NCBI GenBank assembly: GCA_012514035.1
Contig: JAAZBB010000043.1
Span: 19,463-83,462, forward strand
Reading direction: 5' to 3'
Length of the DNA stretch: 64,000 nucleotides
From: Lentisphaerota bacterium
GTDB taxonomy: Bacteria > Verrucomicrobiota > Kiritimatiellia > CAIQIC01 > Lenti-01
The translations under genes and the position numbers were made by a program. Within the stretch, counting starts at the first letter, position 1. Every line of letters starts with the position of its first letter. The notes under the pieces are model-generated. The model saw only the letters and a list, made by a program, of their open reading frames with translations. It searched no databases and was not told where the DNA came from. Below, in pieces: positions 60,841 through 64,000 of this stretch.

Positions 60841-60896
60841 GAATAACTTCCGTGCACCAGTAGGGCGCTTTGGCCAACGCGCCGCGCCTTCCGATC
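60841..60896 (+). repeat. 56-nt direct repeat, right copy
   Basis: GAATAACTTCCGTGCACCAGTAGGGCGCTTTGGCCAACGCGCCGCGCCTTCCGATC aligns colinearly with 59465-59520. Confidence 0.7.
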
Positions 60897-60919
60897 CCGG
60901 CGACTTGTGCCAAGTCGCC

Positions 60920-61954
60920 CTACAGCAAATCCGTTTGCGTTCGTCGGCGGAGCTGGCCACAGGCGGCGTCGAGGCCTTTACCTTTGGATTCGCGCAGGGT
61001 GCCTTCCAGCCCGTTCCGCTCCAGCACACGTAGGAAAGCCTCCATCGTTGCGCGCGGCGGAGCCTCGCCCTGAAATTCTTCGACGGGGCTTAGAGGAATC
61101 AGATTGACGCGACAGGGGAAGCGGCGCAGGCGCGCCGCCAGTTCGGCGGCATCTTGCGGCGAATCGTTGAGCCCCTTGACCAGCGTATATTCAAACGTGA
61201 TGTGCCGCTTGGTAGTCGCGGTGTAGGCGGCGCATTCCTTCAGCAGTTCGTCCAGCGGATACTTGTTCTCGATGGGCATCAACTTTCGCCGCAGCTCCGA
61301 ATTGGCCGCATGCAGCGAGACAGAGAGCTCGACTTGGAGGCCTTCGCTGGCCAGCCGCCGGATGCCGGGAATGACGCCGCTGGTGCTGATCGTGATGCGC
61401 CGCGCGCCGACGTTCAATCCATCGGGATGGTTCAGCAGCCGCACGGACTTGAGCACCGCGTCGTAGTTGTCGAACGGCTCGCCCATGCCCATGTAGACGA
61501 CGTTGTCGGGGCGTTTGCCCAAGGCCGCCGCCACGAGCTGGACCTGAGCGACTATCTCGCCCGCCGACAGGTTACGGGCGTAGCCGCATTTCGCGCTGGC
61601 GCAAAACGCACAGCCCATTTTGCAGCCGACCTGCGTAGAGACGCAGACCGTATTCCGGTCGCGGGCGGGAATCAAAACGGTTTCGACGCTTTCGCCGTCA
61701 TCAAGACCGACCAGCCACTTGCGGGTTCCACCGAGCTCGCCGGATTCCTTCAGGATTTTTGCGGGCTGGGGCGTGTGGGTTTCGGCCAGTTTGTCCTTCA
61801 GCGCTCGCGGCAAATTGCCCATCTGGTCCCAACGGGTCGCACCCTGAACCTGCACCCATTGCCAAAGTTGCTTGCCGCGGAACGCGGGCTGGCCAGTGGC
61901 CTTGCAGAGAATTTGCAACTCCTCGGGGAGCAATCCCTGCAAGGCGATTTTCAT
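60920..61954 (-). CDS. rlmN: 23S rRNA/tRNA adenine-C2 methyltransferase (radical SAM)
   Basis: CVSTQVGCKMGCAFCAS radical-SAM cluster, MGMGEPFDN, CGQL near the C-terminus. Confidence 0.9.
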   Translation of the reverse strand: MKIALQGLLPEELQILCKATGQPAFRGKQLWQWVQVQGATRWDQMGNLPRALKDKLAETHTPQPAKILKESGELGGTRKWLVGLDDGESVETVLIPARDRNTVCVSTQVGCKMGCAFCASAKCGYARNLSAGEIVAQVQLVAAALGKRPDNVVYMGMGEPFDNYDAVLKSVRLLNHPDGLNVGARRITISTSGVIPGIRRLASEGLQVELSVSLHAANSELRRKLMPIENKYPLDELLKECAAYTATTKRHITFEYTLVKGLNDSPQDAAELAARLRRFPCRVNLIPLSPVEEFQGEAPPRATMEAFLRVLERNGLEGTLRESKGKGLDAACGQLRRRTQTDLL

Positions 61955-61958
61955 GCCG

Positions 61959-63371
61959 TTAGTAGCGGTAATGGTCGGGCTTGTAGGGCCCGTCCGCGGG
62001 CACGCCGAGATAGGCGGCCTGCTTGCGGTTCAGGCGGTCGAGCTTCACGCCCAGGTGCGGCAAGTGCAGCCGGGCCACCTTCTCGTCCAGCTTCTTCGGC
62101 AGCGTGTACACGCCGACCGGATATTTTCCGGCATTCGTGAACAGCTCGATCTGCGCGATAACCTGGTTCGAGAAGCTGTTGCTCATCACGAAGCTCGGGT
62201 GGCCCGTGGCGCAGCCGAGGTTGACGAGGCGACCTTCCGCCAGCAGCAGCAGCGACTTGTTCTTCTTGGTCCAAATGCGGTGCACCTGGGGCTTGATTTC
62301 CTCCCAGCGGTACTTCTTCATCGCCGCGGTCTGGATCTCGCTGTCGAAGTGGCCGATATTGCACACGATGGCCAGGTTCTTCATCTTCAGCATGTGCTTT
62401 TCGGTGATGACGTCGCAGCAGCCCGTCGTCGTCACGAAGATGTCGCCCTGCGTGCAGGCTTCGTCCATCGTCATGACCTCGTAGCCGTCGATCGCCGCCT
62501 GCAGCGCGCAGATAGGATCGATTTCCGTCACGATCACGCGGGCGCACTGGCCCTTGAGCGACTGGCAGGAGCCTTTGCCCACGTCGCCGTAGCCGGCCAC
62601 CACGGCCACCTTGCCGGCGATCATCACGTCCGTCGCCCGCATGAGGCCGTCCACCAGCGAGTGGCGGCAGCCGTAGATGTTGTCGAACTTCGATTTCGTG
62701 ACCGAGTCGTTGACGTTGAACGCCGGGAAGAGCAGTTCCTTGCGCTCCGCCATCTGGTAGAGGCGGTGCACGCCCGTCGTGGTTTCCTCTGTGACGCCCT
62801 TGATGGACTTAACCATCTTGAGAAAGCGGTCCGGATTCTTCTTCACGGCCTTGCGGACCTGGGCCTTGAGGATTTCCTCTTCTTCGCTGCCGTAGGGGCC
62901 CTTCAGGACCTGGAGGCCTTCCTTGACCGCCTTCACGCCGAGATGCACGAACAAGGTCGCGTCGCCGCCGTCGTCCAGGATCATGTTGGGCGATTCCTTA
63001 CCCCAGTCGAGAATTCGGTCGGTGTATTCCCAATATTCCTTGAGCGTCTCACCCTTCACCGCAAAGACAGGCGTGCCCTTGACGGCCAACGCGGCCGCGG
63101 CGTGGTCCTGGGTGGAGAAGATGTTGCAACTCGCCCAGCGGACGCGGGCGCCCAGCGCCTGCAGCGTCTCGACCAGGACGGCGGTCTGGATGGTCATGTG
63201 GATGGAGCCCGCGATGCGCGCCCCCTTCAGCGGCTTCGTCTTGGCGAATTCCGCCCGGACGCTCATCAGGCCGGGCATTTCATGCTCAGCCAGTTCGATT
63301 TCCTTGCGGCCGAACGCCGCCAGGGAGAGATCCTTCACCACCGCATCCATTGCCTGTTTGCGCTTCGCCAT
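61959..63371 (-). CDS. ahcY: adenosylhomocysteinase
   Basis: [51 protein letters not shown]. Confidence 0.95.
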   Translation of the reverse strand: MAKRKQAMDAVVKDLSLAAFGRKEIELAEHEMPGLMSVRAEFAKTKPLKGARIAGSIHMTIQTAVLVETLQALGARVRWASCNIFSTQDHAAAALAVKGTPVFAVKGETLKEYWEYTDRILDWGKESPNMILDDGGDATLFVHLGVKAVKEGLQVLKGPYGSEEEEILKAQVRKAVKKNPDRFLKMVKSIKGVTEETTTGVHRLYQMAERKELLFPAFNVNDSVTKSKFDNIYGCRHSLVDGLMRATDVMIAGKVAVVAGYGDVGKGSCQSLKGQCARVIVTEIDPICALQAAIDGYEVMTMDEACTQGDIFVTTTGCCDVITEKHMLKMKNLAIVCNIGHFDSEIQTAAMKKYRWEEIKPQVHRIWTKKNKSLLLLAEGRLVNLGCATGHPSFVMSNSFSNQVIAQIELFTNAGKYPVGVYTLPKKLDEKVARLHLPHLGVKLDRLNRKQAAYLGVPADGPYKPDHYRY

Positions 63372-63496
63372 ATCGACTCCTTCGGGGTTGAAAACAGGGC
63401 GGAACTATACCCGCCCCCCCGCCCCGATGCAAGGATCGCGTACCGCGCCGGCGGTTTTCCTCCGTCTTGCGTGAAACGCAACAACGATGCGGCGGC

Positions 63497-64000
63497 TCAT
63501 TTGCGCCTGTGGACGCGGGCGCTCTGGCGGGCGATGTTGAGCAGCACGCCCACCATGAACAGCGTCACCATCAAGCTGGTGCCCCCGAAACTGATGAACG
63601 GCAGCGGAAGGCCCTTGGTCGGCAGGCGGCCTGTCACCACCCCGATATTGATCGCCGCCTGGAGGCTGATGAGTACCGTGATGCCAAAGGCCATGAGCCG
63701 GCCCCCGGCATCCGGCGCGCGGCCGCTAATGCGCAGCCCGCACAGCAGCAGCGCCACAAACAGAAGCACGACCCCGAGAGAGGCGGCGATCCCCAGTTCT
63801 TCGCCGATGATAGCGAAGATGAAATCGGTGTGCGCTTCGGGCAAATAGTGTTTTTTCTGCAGGCTTTCGCCCAGCCCGAGCCCGCCGGCGCCGCCCGCCA
63901 CGAAGGCATACAGCGCGTGCATTAACTGGAACGCTTCGTCCTGGGCGTATTTTTCGGGATGCAGAAAGGCCAGGATCCGGCCCATGCGTTCCGGGTTGTG
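63497..64000 (-). CDS. FtsW/RodA/SpoVE-family peptidoglycan glycosyltransferase, C-terminal part (5' end outside window)
   Basis: LPEAHTDFIFAIIGEELG, TGRLPTKGLPLPFISFGGTSL. The frame stays open past the listed ATG at 63985 (..HNPERMGRILAFL..), so the gene continues beyond 64000. Confidence 0.85.
   Translation of the reverse strand, partial: HNPERMGRILAFLHPEKYAQDEAFQLMHALYAFVAGGAGGLGLGESLQKKHYLPEAHTDFIFAIIGEELGIAASLGVVLLFVALLLCGLRISGRAPDAGGRLMAFGITVLISLQAAINIGVVTGRLPTKGLPLPFISFGGTSLMVTLFMVGVLLNIARQSARVHRRK

Noticed and set aside
63372-63496. Possible SAH riboswitch in the ahcY leader.
   Set aside because: I could not find the conserved SAH-element core as I remember it (AGGAGCGCUGC...AACGGCGCUCA). 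Only a generic GGAGGA and a short hairpin are present. A cmsearch with RF01057 would settle it.

Overview
High-G+C bacterial chromosomal segment, by eye about 60-65% G+C outside a few islands. The gene content (a giant LamG/thrombospondin-type-3 protein, a GxxExxY gene, many small zinc-ribbon membrane proteins) suggests a PVC-superphylum-like organism, but that is inference only. Most of the window is housekeeping: recO-ybeY-pgpH-phoH-HIT, a MATE pump, hisC/hisD, ExbB-ExbD-TonB-like plus a TPR protein, uvrA, leuB-like, asd, gspK-L-M-like genes, galE, pta, gmd-rmd-lpxK, ychF, glyQS, rlmN, ahcY and a partial ftsW/rodA. I found no rRNA, tRNA or CRISPR array. Many long ORFs in the supplied track are antisense or shadow frames typical of high-G+C DNA, and I did not call them. 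The most interesting items: (1) a 683-nt ORF-less group II intron-like RNA on the minus strand upstream of ychF, sitting exactly inside one copy of a dispersed inverted-repeat element; (2) several families of intergenic repeats, including a module placed right after stop codons, hairpins built from hexamer units in operon spacers, and direct repeats bracketing a DUF3089 gene; (3) a three-gene operon for a 2989-aa LamG/TSP3 protein, whose first gene carries a G9 homopolymer tract; (4) a bacterial glycerol-1-phosphate dehydrogenase coupled to a HAD phosphatase; (5) an AT-rich island with a perfect 16-bp palindrome followed by a long stem-loop. All functional calls come from reading the translated ORFs and recalling family motifs. 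No database search was run.
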